From the human T2T-CHM13v2.0 reference genome, Homo sapiens, in NCBI RefSeq assembly GCF_009914755.1, contig NC_060938.1: a DNA stretch of 64,000 nucleotides. One strand, given 5' to 3'. Positions within the stretch are counted from its first letter, which is position 1. Each line of letters begins with the position of its first letter. Made by a program: the position numbers and the translations under genes. Below the pieces are notes generated by a model. It saw only the letters and a program-made list of their open reading frames with translations. It had not been told where the DNA came from and ran no database searches. Shown piece by piece: positions 41,201 to 58,803 of the stretch.

Positions 41201-42109
41201 AAATTGTCTCTGTTTAGAAATAGACTAATGGTGAAGTGGGTTTATTCACATCTGGCTTATTTGATGTGTTAATGTAGCAGAATTTGGCATTATTCCAAAG
41301 ATATGGAAAGAGATTAGACTTCAGACTTTCGTGCCCTTGCCTATGGCATAATCTCCAGAATATGAGTATGAGGAATCCAGTAATGAATTCGTAGTGCCCT
41401 GGTCAGCACAGTCACTCTTGTGATATACTTGGTGTATATACCAGTGTTAATTACTGGTCCAGAAGAACTTAATCTCAAGAGTCAATTTCTAGTTATCCCA
41501 ACATGGCACGGATAAAATCTTGCAGAAAAAAAATCTTTGTCATTGAGACCAAATTATAGTTTTCATACAGTGGATATACATTGTTGATGTTTTACTTATG
41601 TTTATGTTAGACTTAATTTATATTTGTAGAATCTACTGTTTCTGATTATTTAGAGAATGGGAAACTGAAAGAAATTTTAAAGACATTAAGTGAACATTAT
41701 TTGTTCTAATGGGTTTCTAGTGAATTTCCTTCAAGGTGGGGTGTAGAGATTGAGAGGAGAGGTTTTCTAGGAGAGTCTCAAACAGGAAGACAACCGATAT
41801 AAGTGTTTATTCCTCTTGGTTGTCAGTGTGTCAGTAAAGCTTCTTTCCTTCTTTTTTCTAGCAGGCAGATAGAAGTTCATGTCACTTTCTCCTTTTTTAT
41901 GGAGTAGGATGTGATACTCCTTCTAGTGGAAATACCAATCAAATGTCCATGGGTCATGAAGTGTCACTACGTACTCCTGAGCCTCTCTCCAGAAGGGAAA
42001 AGGGAACTCCTCTATGGTCAGCTTCTTTTGTAATTTTCCTGTATCATCTCGTGTGCTCTATTTGTTTTCTGAATGAACTTTGGTAAATTTCATCCAGGTA
42101 ATATAGAGT

Positions 42110-42290
42110 AATAGTGAAAAACTGCTTAGACTCTAGTTCTATCACTGCTCTTTATGGAACTTTGGGCAAGTTCTTAACATCCTTGTTCCTCAATTCCTCA
42201 ACTTTAAAATGGGGACAATAATAATTCCTGCTCCAGAGTTGTTGTGAGGGTTAAATAAAAAAATGTGTAAATAGCACTTGACACATACAA
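42110..42290. mobile_element. MIR
   Basis: actttgggcaagttcttaac...cctcaattcctcaactttaaaatggggacaataata...gttgtgagggttaaat. Confidence 0.75.
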
Positions 42291-43077
42291 GCTGTATCTG
42301 ATAACCTCCACCTCATGAAAAACCATTCATAGCATAGAAGTATAGAATTTGTACCAGCTAACAAAGGTACAGATGTACAGGGATAAAAACAAAATATTTT
42401 GTTTCATGTTAAAGATAAGTGTTTCTGTGATTTGCATTTGCGTGTATAATTTCCTTTAAATATAAATCATATTTCAAGTGAAAATATCGGGTCATTACAG
42501 AAGAGTTTATTTTCCAAACCAAAACTTTTTTCATCCCTAATTTTTAATATAGCCTTGTTAAAGAAAAAAACATCTAAGCAGTATGCTATTTATTATTGTC
42601 TGTTTTACTTGCAGAATTTGAATGTATTTTGTCAATTATTTTCTCCATTTCATGTTTGCGGAATAGGTCATTCAGAATCAAGTCTATCTTCTACAGCAAT
42701 ATTTTGTTCTTGTTTATGCCCTTGTTTCAATGAGTGCCGCAGTGTACTTATTTTATTACTTCCCTAGAGCAAGTAGATAGAATTTCCTGTTACTTCCTCT
42801 GTTTTTGTCATTTGTAATTGACTGGGAAGTACATTATATAGTTCCTGCAGTAGATTTATGTTATGGTGTTTTACCTGTCCGTGTTAGAATCGGTTTCCAT
42901 TTCTGGAATCTGGAATAGGATAATACCTATTTTATTTGAAATTGGACAGATAGTAGCTTTATATTGGTCCAGATAATCTCATTTCTCATTTGGACAAGAT
43001 AATTTGGGGTTTGAAAAATTCATATAATGATTAAAGGAGAAAGCTCTTATGAGTTATTGTATGCTGAGATATATGTG

Positions 43078-43102
43078 GACACACACACACACACACACAC
43101 AC
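43078..43102. repeat. (AC)n microsatellite
   Basis: acacacacac run upstream of the NF1 exon-13 remnant. Confidence 0.95.
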
Positions 43103-44569
43103 GCAGTTTATTGCATTGTTGGGTTTTATACATAAAATTACCCAAGTTGCAAATATATGTCTACCACCCTTGACTCTCAGGATAGTGCAGCAGGATGCAG
43201 CGGAACCCCCCTGACTTGCTGACAAGCGCAGACCAAACTAGAAGTGGCCCTGTACATGTTTCTGCGGAACCCTGACACTGAAGCTGTTCTGGTTGCCATG
43301 TCCTGTTTCCGCCACCTCTGTGAGGAAGCAGATACCCGGTGTGGGGTGGACGAAGTGTCGGTGCGTAACCTCTTGCCCAACTCTAACACATTCATGGAGT
43401 TTGCCTGTCAGCAATGTGATGTCAACAGGTAAATATGAATAGTGGTTTTTTTACTCAACCTCCCTAAAGCACATGGCATCTGATTGTGAGAATGTATTTA
43501 AGATTACTCTTCTGTAAGTTTACAGGAGAAATTCAAGTAGCTTACTTGAAATCCTTTTCTGAACAAAGTAAGATGAAAATAAAAAGCGTTTGAAATAAAT
43601 TGTTAGTCTCCCACTGAGTTTTTAATATGCTATAGATTTTAAAATTAACTGGCAGTACGTGTTACTATCAGTTATGACTATGTAATTTACGTTTGTATGA
43701 CTATGTAATTTATGTTATCCATATACATAGTCAAATTACATATGACTATGTAATTTATGTTATCCATAACTCCGTATGTTATGGATAGTGAAGTTTACAC
43801 ACATTGGCATATGTTTTGAGTAAATTATAGGTGGGAATAGCTATTTTATGCTGTGGACATTGTAGAGTCTAAGATAAGTACCTTTCCTGTGAGGTTAGTG
43901 AACGGAAGTTTTTGGCTTTATCATTTGAGGCATTTGCTCTGCTCCTCCTACTCTGCCTTTTGGGTGGGGCTTATCAGGTTCTCCATTGGCAGGCAGGGCT
44001 CTAAGTGCAGTAACTTGATTTGCTGTTGTAGTTGCTTAGGCACAGCAGCACTTCAGAAAGAGTGATGGCACTGCTGAGGCGCACTGAGCATCCCACTGCA
44101 GGAAACACTGAGGTGTGCTCTTAGCAAGAGAAACACCCCTCCCAGGCGCCCACCCTCAGTTTTGGAAGCCTCTTGTTACATATGTGTGATGAGGAATAGC
44201 TTTTGAAGTAAATCCAAGATATGTGCATATTACAAGTATAATATCTGAGTACTTAATATATATCAAGTTTGAAGCTTGGCTGTTGCTGATTGATGTTTAG
44301 CTCTAGACTTAAAGTTGCTTTCAAGTGATAACTGTCTTCATTTTAGACTTGGGAAGATACACATGCAAAATGGGAACAAGCAACAAAACTAATCCTTAGC
44401 TATCCAAAAGCCCAAATGGAAGATGGCCAGGTAAGTCTGTAAAGTTGACTTTTGTCTATTAACTGATCTGCTAAATATATGTCCTTCTCTTTGGTAATCT
44501 TTCACGAGTCACTCAGTAAAGTAAGCATATAGTTGTCTGAAGACTGATATTTAGTTGTGGTTTATCTAG

Positions 44570-44780
44570 ACCTGTAGTTTGTAATATGATAGCCACTAGC
44601 TACGTGTGACTATTTAACTTAAATTTTAACATAATTAAAATTAAATACAGTTTAGTTCCTCAATCATATAGTAGCCACATTGCAGGTACCCAGTAGCCAC
44701 ATATGACAGGTACTTACTCTGTTGGACAGCAGAGAGAAAATGTTGCCATCATCACAGAAATACTGGGCAGCACTGCTAGA
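44570..44780. mobile_element. MER3-like hAT MITE
   Basis: gccactagctacgtgtgactattt...gtagccacatatgac...ttggacagcagag...ctgggcagcactgctag. Confidence 0.65.
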
Positions 44781-45259
44781 GACTGTTTGTTGCAAAGACC
44801 ATTTCTTTATCTTTTCTTGCTCTTTCTCCCTTCATCAGGGTGTTTCACAGAATTTTCAGAAAAGGAGCAACAGAGGTAGAGAAAAATTAACATGGAAACC
44901 ATTCATTTTGCTATTTTGTTAGGTATTCTAATTAAAGAATGTCTTGGGCAGAAGATGGAACCCATAGATAAAATGAAATTTTAAAACATGGACAGTTCCT
45001 TCAACTATTACTATTGACTATATTATCCATTACTTTGGAAATTGATGAGTTGGTGTTCGTGTGTATATGATTTATAATGTTCACATTGCTCTCATTATTA
45101 GGTGGTTTATAAAAACTGGCTCTTCCCCCATGTTATTTTTCTGTCATGCTTAATTATAATAAGAAAAAAGTTATAGTTTTGTGAAGCAAAATTGTGTACC
45201 TCATACCTTTATTTGGAGGGGACATGTAGCTTTAGAATGAAAGCTTTTGGGGGTAACTG

Positions 45260-45610
45260 TTACTATAATATGTAATTACATACCATACAATTCACGCATT
45301 TAAAGTGTCCAATTCAGTGACTTGTTAGCATATTCACAGAGTTGTGCAACCATCACCACCATCAGTTTCAGGACAATTTCATCAATTGAGAAAACCCTGT
45401 ATCCTTTAGCTATCTCTGCCTCTAACAACCCCCCAACTTTCTTGTCTCTCTTCCCCCCGCCTCTCCAACCCTGGGCAACCACGAATCTACTTTGTCTCTG
45501 TAGATTTGCCTATTCTGGATATTTTCTGTAAATGGAGTTTTAGAATATGTGGGCTTTTACGATTAGCTTCTTTCACTTAGCATAATGTTCCCAAGGTTCA
45601 TCCGTGTGAA
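45260..45610 (-). mobile_element. Old L1 (L1MB/ME) 3' fragment
   Basis: cataccatacaattcacgcatttaaagtg, gatttgcctattctggatattt. Confidence 0.75.
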
Positions 45611-47205
45611 ATCAAAGCTTTTTAAAAGAAATTTGATACTTGGGCAATTATATTAGTATATGACAAAAATAAATCAGTGGCTCTTTAAAAATGTATATGG
45701 TAATTTAGGGGGTTGATTTTAATGTATTTTTTTACATTTTTGTGTACGTTTGTCACGGAAGAAATGTTGGATAAAGAGTAATTTGTCAAGTCTCAACTAA
45801 TTTAGGTTTAATTCATGCTTTGCACAAAAATTTTGTGTTTAGGCTGTTGAAAGCTTCACAAGACCATTGTTAAGAGGCGAATGTCCCATGTGAGTGGAGG
45901 AGGACCCATAGATTTGTCTGACACAGACTCCCTACAGGCATGGATCAACATGACTGGCTTCCTTTGTGCCCTTGGGGGAGTGTGCCTCCAGCAGAGAAGG
46001 AATTCTGGCCTGGCAACCTATAGCCCACCCGTGGGTCCGGTCAGTGAACATAAGGGTTCCATGATTTCAGTGATGTCCTCAGAGGGAAACGCAGATACAC
46101 CTGTCAGGAAATATATGGATCAGCTGTTGTCGTTAATGGTGTGTAACGTTGAGAAAGTGGGACTTCAAATACGGACCAATGATAAGGACCTGGTGGGTCT
46201 AGAATTGAGTCCTGCTCTTTATCTGATGCTATTTAACAAATTGAAGAAGACCCATCAGCAAGTTTTTTGACTCCTAAGGACAGGTAAAGTGTGCTCTTTT
46301 TTATTTTTCACCTTTCCCTATGAATAGAGTGACTTGTTTGAAATAATGAAGCCTTTTTCTTTCAGATTATTTAAATTAGGTGCTCACAGTTTTTAAAAAT
46401 TGTCAAAAAATTGTAGAAAGAAGAATCATCTCAATGAATGGTCAGCTTGCTTCTAGGAACTCTGATGTGTATGTGTGCCTGAGGGTATACGTGCCTTGTA
46501 TATGGGTATGAGTGTCTGTGTATATCTGTGTGCCTGTTTGGCTGCGTGCCTGTGGGTGCATGTCTCTATTTGTGTGTTTAGATCAGTCAGTTTCATCTCT
46601 CTAGGGATCTGTCTTCTGGGCATTGATGGCAAATCATTAATATATTTGTTCTCTCTATAGGTTTTATTGACTGATACCAATACTCACTTTGTAGATATAA
46701 TGAAGAACTTGCTAGATAATCATACTGAAGGCAGCTCTGAACATCTAGAGCAAGCTAGCATTGAAACAATGATGTTAGATCTGGTCAGGTAAGCCTTCTA
46801 CTGAAATGTAGCAGAAACATACTTTAAGATTTAAGAGACAAGAAAAACCTCTTACACATTGATATTGATAGTAATTGATAAAATAATTTGCCATTCTTTA
46901 CTGCACACAAACTAGGCTGTGACAACAAGGTAACCAGAAATTGTGTATGCTCTCCTATAAATAAATGTCTTACTGTTTTCAAACTTACGATTAGTTCGTT
47001 TTATTTGATGGTTAAAGTATCTTGAATGCCTTATCTTGTGTCTGTATCTGATAATTTTTTTATTGTCTCTATGTCTGTATAGGTACGTTTGTGTGCTTGG
47101 GAATATGGTCCATGCAATTCAAATAAAAACGAAACTGTGTCAGTTGGTTGAAGTAACGATGGCAAGGAGAGATGACCTGTCATTTTGCCGAGAGATGAAA
47201 TTTAG

Positions 47206-47522
<317 letters not shown>

Positions 47523-48557
47523 GTAAATCTTAATTTGTTGAATGAAGTACAGAAATGGAGTAGATATCTGGTTATTGGTAGGAAGGAAGACATAAAAAGA
47601 GAGCAGTTTACATGTTTGTTTTTCTCTGTGTCTCTCCTCAAATTTCCCTAAGCTTTGTGCCTGTGGCAAGCCTCCCTTTTTCTAAAACTCTGCTGTACTT
47701 GAGCTAAGAATTTGATCCTGTTTCCAATCTGATAGCATAACTAAAGGCCATGATGGAGGATCAGTATCCACGTTGCTTGTTCCTTCTGGCTTTTACATCT
47801 ATGATAGCAGTATCTCTTTTATAAAGTCGTCATGTCACCTGGGTTATCTGCCAAATTATTTGCACCATAAGTAATCTTACATGACTGAAGGTGTGTGTGG
47901 GGGGGGGTATGACTTCAGAAAAATTGTTTGCTGTTTCTCTTTTCTCCACCATTCTATAGGAATAAGATGGTAGAATACCTGACAGACTGGGTTATGGGAA
48001 CATCAAACCAAGCAGCAGATGATGATGTAAAATGTCTTACAAGGTAAAAAAAATGACTTTCAAATATTAGTGGGTTTTACTGTGAGAATTATAACTACTT
48101 CATTACAGCTTTATACTTGTATTTTATGTGTATTTAAACTTTTTAGATGTAAAACTTTCGTGTTCAAAATATGTAAAGACACTAATCTTTATTACTACTT
48201 TTTCTTGACCGATAGACTTTCAGGAAAAATAAATGTGCGAGAGCGGTATGTTTGGGAAGTTATTGTTGTCAGTTTATGAAGAATAGTCTACAGTTATTGG
48301 GAAATAAGATACATAAAGCCTCAGATTGCATTTATGTTATGATGAGATAGATAAAGGTATTATTTGAGAAACTCATTGTGTTGAGTCTAAGAAACAATTG
48401 ATTTCCTGATTCAAACACCAGAGATAGACCAAAAAAGGAAGTAATTAAGTCTACTTTAATGATAAATACTTATTGACACATATCAGAAAGTGATTAAACA
48501 CTATGGACTGTATAATAAGCATTTACATATGTTTCTTTGACAAAGCCTAGCTTTATA

Positions 48558-48835
48558 ATACGGTCGTCTCTCAGTATCTGTCAGGGATTGGTTCCAGGAA
48601 CCACCCCCCAAACTCCTGCCCACATCTCACTCCCATGAACACTAAAATCCACAGACTCAAGTCCCTGATACAAAATGTCATAGTATTTGCATATAAACTG
48701 TGCACATCCTCCCATATATTTTAAATATTTTTAGATTACTTATAATATCTAATACAATATAAATGTTATATAAATAGTTGTTATACCATATTGTTTAAGG
48801 AATAAAAACAAAGAAAAATCTGTACATGCTGAGTA
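48558..48835. mobile_element. MER2-like (Tigger-derived) fragment, truncated near the NF1 deletion junction
   Basis: cagtatctgtcagggattggttccagga...caagtccctgatacaaaatg...aaaatctgtacatg. Confidence 0.7.
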
Positions 48836-49162
48836 TTTGAAATCCAGGAGATTAGGTTGGACTTTCAATAAATGGTATTGATAAAACTGAGTAATGATCT
48901 GGAAAAATATCTTCATACCATTTATGAGGATAAACTCCCATCAATCAAAACAGCATGGCAAAGCAAGGCCTTTTTCATCCATTCAAAATCCATAAGCTAG
49001 AAAGGAAAAGATTGATAAAATGAATTCATTCAAAAATCATAAACTTCTGTCTGGGACAAAAATGTCATGAGTAAAAACAATCCTATGGTTAATATCCTCG
49101 TCCAATAGTTCTCTTAGAATAGTCCTAAAAGTGCTTTTGTGGCTCAAAGAGCAATACCTTGA

Positions 49163-49480
<318 letters not shown>

Positions 49481-50610
49481 TAGCAATTATAGAGATGGCA
49501 AGTTTGGTTTTTCATATTTGACTTAACAAGAATTGAAGACAAGTTTACCTGGGAGCATACAGTGGGTTAAATAGCCTGCCTTTCCTAAAATGGTGGTCAG
49601 TATCTAGTAACTGCTTTTCAGACTACCCATTTCATATTGGTTTCCCTGTCCTACATCATTTTTTAAAATACTGCCTACAATGGATTAATTACCAAGAGTT
49701 AAAAAACCACAAAGCATCTTTTGTTTTCAAGTATATTCTGATTAAATAGTACAACATGATAAGCGGGAACTTTTTTTAAAAGAAGAAATAAAACTGTAAG
49801 AGCCTGTTTCTGAGAACTTTTAAGAATATGCTGTGTAAGACAGCATCAGGGTGATTTAGAAAATAATTCAAAGGGGTGGTGGGAAATCATGAAGATGGTG
49901 CAAGGGGTGGCCTGGGAAATGGTGCTTGTTCGTGCTGCCCTCAGTCGAGGCTGGTTCCTAGAAAGCCTTTCTGGAAATGTTGTGAGCTCTTCCTTAATAA
50001 TAGATATGATGCTTGCATTGCCTTCCCTATCATTGTCTTTTTTTCTTGCCTCATTTTACCTTCCTTTTGAAAACTCTTCTGTGACATTATTTGGTCCCAT
50101 TTACCATAACATACATTCGTGGTAATTGAGCCTTAGAGACAACATGATACGTATAGAGACCACTGATTTTGGAATCTCAAGGATCATGTTTAGACTTAGT
50201 TCTGCCAATCATTAGCTATAGACTTAATCTTTACCAGTTTCCTGGATTTAACAGTGTTTAACATCCATGACCGTTAAGTTAGTAGACGTACATTGTTAGT
50301 CAATTTGCTGGCCACAGGTGGCAGTGTGTAGGAAACAAATTGAGGTTGAGAAATAGTGGAGAGGCGGTGAAGAATCAGTGGAAGATGGGAAACTTGTCTA
50401 ATTAGGTCATTCATATAGCCTTAAGACCAAGAAGTCCAAAGGACTGGAGCATTAGGGAATCAAGAAAGTAAGAAAATTTTGTCGAACCTCCCCCTGCCCC
50501 CGCCCTTTAACAATTCTAAGTAACCCCTTCTCACCTTCCCATGAAAGGCCTCTCTCCAGCTCTTATCTCAGTTGCTATTTCTAAATTGCCTAAGATAATT
50601 TTAATTTTCT

Positions 50611-53468
<2,858 letters not shown>

Positions 53469-53619
53469 TTAATTTTCTTTTGTACTTGAGATGAACCATA
53501 TTTGCATTCTAACCCCAACCTTTAATACAACCAGGATGTTTTTACTTTCCCTTTTTTGTGTAAGTAAAAAGCAAACATTGGTGAGGAAGGTAGAAGATGT
53601 GTGTCCCCTCCTCTTTAAT

Positions 53620-53913
53620 TTTTTTTTTTTTTTGCGACAGAGTCTCGCTCTATCACCCAGGCTGGAGTGCAGTGGCTGGATCTTGGCTAACTACAAGCTC
53701 CGCCTCCCGGGTTCATGCCATTCTCCTGCCTCAGCCTCCCTAGCAGCTGGGACTACAGGCGCAGGCCACCATACCCGGCTGATTTTTTGTATTTTTAATA
53801 GAGACAGGGTTCCACTGTGTTTGCCAGGATGGTCTCTATCTCCTGACCTCGTGATCCACCTGCCTCAGCCTCCCAAAGTGCTGGGATTACAGGCATGAGC
53901 CACCATGCCCAGT
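53620..53913 (-). mobile_element. Alu (AluY/Sc-like)
   Basis: Full dimer with T-tract. Confidence 0.95.
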
Positions 53914-54169
53914 CTAAAATCTGACTAGTTTACAAATAGCAAAGATTTCTGGAAAACAAAGTTGGGTTGGTTTTTTTTTCAGGATCAGAAACTGTTATAT
54001 TTGTATTCCTTCTCTGTGGTGATCTAGAAAAAGCTAAAGGAAAGCAGATTGGACCTGCTGTAGATACTTCAGTGAGATTCAATCAGTTCGGTTTCCGTGA
54101 AACCTGTTGAGTGTTGTGGCTTGAGAGTGCTAAGGATTCTCAGCTCTGCTGCTTATTAGCTGCATATTC

Positions 54170-54480
<311 letters not shown>

Positions 54481-54959
54481 TAGCTGCATAATCTTAGATA
54501 AGTTTATTTTTCCAAATCTGTTGCTTCATATGTTAAAGCTGGGGTGTGTGCTTATGAAAACTGTCCACCTCTCCTATGAAGTGTTTTGTGACCTATAAAG
54601 TTGTGTAAGGAGTAAATTTGAGATTTTCTTTTTTTCTTTCTTTCTCTTTCTGGGGGATATGGCACTGTCAGTTTCAGATTTTCAGTCCTTTTAGCTTCTT
54701 ACTTAGACCTACTGGAGCTCCTCCTGGCCTTCATTTTTGCCTGGTGGGAAGCCTAGCTGCAGGACAGATGAGTACACAGTACATCAGGGCAGAGCATCCA
54801 TTTACTCCATTATGAAGGTCTTGTCTGTCTATATGCCATCAGCTTTGTCAAAGAGCACTTGGGTTTGACTTGTCTTTTGATACTCCTCTGTTTCTGTGGC
54901 TTAGACTACCATGTATTAAGTGATGCTTTTTGAATTGCGGATTTTCCAATCTCCTCATA

Positions 54960-55860
54960 GATAGTCCGCAGACGTTTCAGACTTGAAATGTCCAAAACTT
55001 AATTCAGTATCTCTTCCAATCAACCTCCTGTTCACACCATATTTCTCTTTCTCAGTAGCATCATCATCTCTTCTAGTTCCCCATCTAGAAACCCTAATCA
55101 TTTTAAATTCTTTCCTCTTATTTCTTTTTTTTTTTTTCCTGGTGTCCCCTGGGGTTTGTAAAGCTCTCCAGACATTGAGACTGTGCGGGCATGTCTCACT
55201 CCAAATTGGGCGAAATCAGTCATTGATTTTAATAGATTTTCACCAGGTACCTTTTCTGCGTTAAGCAGTGGGTTAGAGGCTAGACTCAGAGATGAGTAAA
55301 ACCAGACCCCACCCCCTGACCTAGCCCTTCTTGCTCAAGAAGCCAACACTTAGTGAGAGCATCGGAAAGCCTGGTGGGCTTCTGAGCCCTGGGACTGGAG
55401 AAGTGGGGGTCCCAAAACCCATTACAAGATCAAAGAGAATAACAACAGGAAACTGCCAGAAATACCCAGTCATGGGCAAAGGGGCCTGTCCACATACCAC
55501 TTGATGCACAAGAACCCGTGTCCTTACTTGAGAGTACATGTGTGTTCACAAGCACGTGGAGCCCAAGGGCCTGTGCAGCTGTCCATGTGGGGATGGGTAT
55601 CAGGCTTCTGATTGGGATGCACAAGTGGTGTGGGAGTCTCTTTTTTAATTATTATTATTATACTTTAAGTTTTAGGGTACATGTGCACAACGTGCAGATT
55701 TGTTACATATGTATACGTGTGCCATGTTGGTGTGCTGCACCCATTAACTCGTCATTTAGCATTAGGTATATCTCCTAATGCTATCCCTCCCCCTTCCCCC
55801 CTCCTCTTATTTCTTTTATCTTCCTCATTGTTAGTCACCAAATCTTGAGTTTACCTGTGA
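54960..55860. mobile_element. L2 fragment split by the L1 transduction insert
   Basis: aaatgtccaaaactt...ctagaaaccctaatcatt on the left resumes as agtcaccaaatcttg after the TSD. Confidence 0.6.
55129..55801 (-). mobile_element. Short L1PA 3' end (55641-55801) plus ~500 bp 3' transduction and poly-A
   Basis: 16-bp TSD tcctcttatttctttt at 55113-55128 and 55802-55817 encloses the T-tract, unique DNA and the L1 3' end. Confidence 0.88.
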
Positions 55861-56246
55861 GAGCCTGGGCGATCAATTTAAGTTGTTCCAATTAGGCTTT
55901 TATTGCCAAGCAGTCATTTGTATTTTCTTAAGGATCTTAGGAAAAGCATGAATTAGAGCAGAGCCTACCCAGATATAGAGAGAACTAGATGGCTGTGGGT
56001 TCTGGAACTGGCTACGCTCTTTGACTGTCTCTTGGTTTTGTGTTCAGCTCTTCCTCATGATTTTCATCTTTCTGTATCCTTTCAGCTTTTGCCCCAGATA
56101 GTAATCCCTTCATTATCTCAGTACTTGCATGTCTAAAATTCCAGAAAGAAAATATGATTCAGCTAAAAAATATCTCTGCTTGGCAGGACCTTTAATGTTA
56201 GGTGCTGGCCAGCCAGTTGATTTCTGGTGTCCCTATGTCCAGTATG

Positions 56247-56434
56247 TGCCTCAGCCTGCCGAGTAGCTGGGATTACAGCCACCACCACACCCAGCTAATT
56301 TTTTGTAATTTTTAGCAGAGACAGGGTTTCACCATGTTGCTTAGACTGGTCTTGAACTCCTGACCTCAGGTGATCCGCTCACCTCAGCCTCCCAAAGTGC
56401 TCGGATTATAGGCGTGAGCCACAGGGCCCAGCCC
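56247..56434 (-). mobile_element. Truncated Alu, left flank of the NOS2 module
   Basis: Begins abruptly at tgcctcagcc. Confidence 0.9.
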
Positions 56435-56461
56435 ACCTGAGGCTTCTTTTTCCTTCCCAAG

Positions 56462-56644
56462 CCACATCACCATCCTGGTGGAACCCTCCTGTGAGGACAG
56501 CCAAGGCCTGAACTACCTGCGGTGGGGAGCACCTCAGGGTTTGCCCAGGCAACCAGCCAGCCCTGGTCCAAGGCATCCTGGAGCGAGTTGTGGATGGCCC
56601 CGTGCCCCACCAGACAGTGCGCCTGGAGGACCTGAACGAGAGCG
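56462..56644 (+). pseudogene. NOS2P: Isolated NOS2 (iNOS) exon remnant, reductase/FAD-binding region, with flanking intron
   Basis: Translates across a frameshift as TILVEPSCEDSQGLNYL / [40 protein letters not shown]. Recalled NOS2 is [58 protein letters not shown]. Bounded by ag and gtgag. Confidence 0.93.
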
Positions 56645-56905
56645 GTGAGCCCCAGGCTGGGGAGCCAGTGCTGCCTGGCATCCTCCGGGCATCCTACCTG
56701 GCTGAGGGTCTGGGCCTGGGCCTGCCGGTGACAGCCATCCCTGTCCTTCCTGCTGAGGGGGCAGGCTGTCAAAGCTTATGTGAAAGCAGCTGAAGAAACA
56801 GTCACAGCCCATAAGGCAATGCTCCCTGGCCTTCGTTTCCCCAGTGATAACGACACTGCCAGAATATCCCCCTCAGTGCAGTGGCCAAAGTCAGAAAGTG
56901 GGATT

Positions 56906-57331
<426 letters not shown>

Positions 57332-57633
57332 GATATTTTGAATTTTTAAGGTTCATCAGCTTGGTCATTTGTGTGATCCAAAGTTGTAGGCATTTTAAAA
57401 ACATTAAAAATGTTTTCATTTTTTATTTCTTCTATAATTTTAGACACATATTCATTTTTATTTCTTCTGCAGTTTTAGCTATATATCCCTAAGGTCATAC
57501 AGCTAGTAAAAGCTAGGATTCAAGCCCAGGTCTTCTCATTGTGTTGCTTCTCCAGTACTGCACTACCTCTCCAAGATGCTTTTGATGGTAGCTACAGGAT
57601 TGCTAAGACCATATATGGGAAAGGGCTTTGTAA

Positions 57634-58045
<412 letters not shown>

Positions 58046-58803
58046 AAGTTTAAATGTTTATTTTAATGTTTGTGCAATAACGTCCAGTTTTACCAAGCAG
58101 AATGATGTGCATAGGAGCTTTTATGCAGAACTCACTGTTCTTCAGTTAGAGCTTATTACTCTAATAGTGAAATCAAATCCATCTTCAGTTGCTACATGGC
58201 TTTGTTAAACAGTTAAACTTGAGTTGGAGATGCTCTGTCGTAGGGAGGAATTTTCGCTCCACAGATGTGTTCATATAATGTATTTTCCCCTTTCCCCTAT
58301 GGAAACTTTGTGGAAAGATTATTTCAGTGTTAACCCTGATTGATATTTTAGTAATTAAACAAGTGTCTGTTACTCCTTTATCAAGCATTTAATGAGTGTC
58401 TTCGGTGTGCTAGGCACTGCACTAGACTCTGGGGAGTCAAGGATGAATCACACTTAGTTTCTACCCCCTGGGAATTCATTCTGGTTGGAGAAATTGTTAA
58501 AAAAAATTATCATCCTATGGGATACTTTTTTAAAGTATGAAATGAGATAATGTATGTGAGAAAACTTTGGAAGCTTTACACATTTAAGATTTTTTTCTCC
58601 AGTGCATAGCCTGATGCCTGACATATTTTAAATGCTCATTATACCCTTGAATGAATTGGTGAAGAGCCAAGAGTTATGAGAGCATAATACTAGAGTGTAG
58701 ATGGATTAGTTCTGCCTGGATGGACAGGTGAGATGCGGAGGCTTCCAAGAATATAACTTTTGAACTGGACTTGGAAATATAAGTTGCTTAAGAATTGAGA
58801 GAG

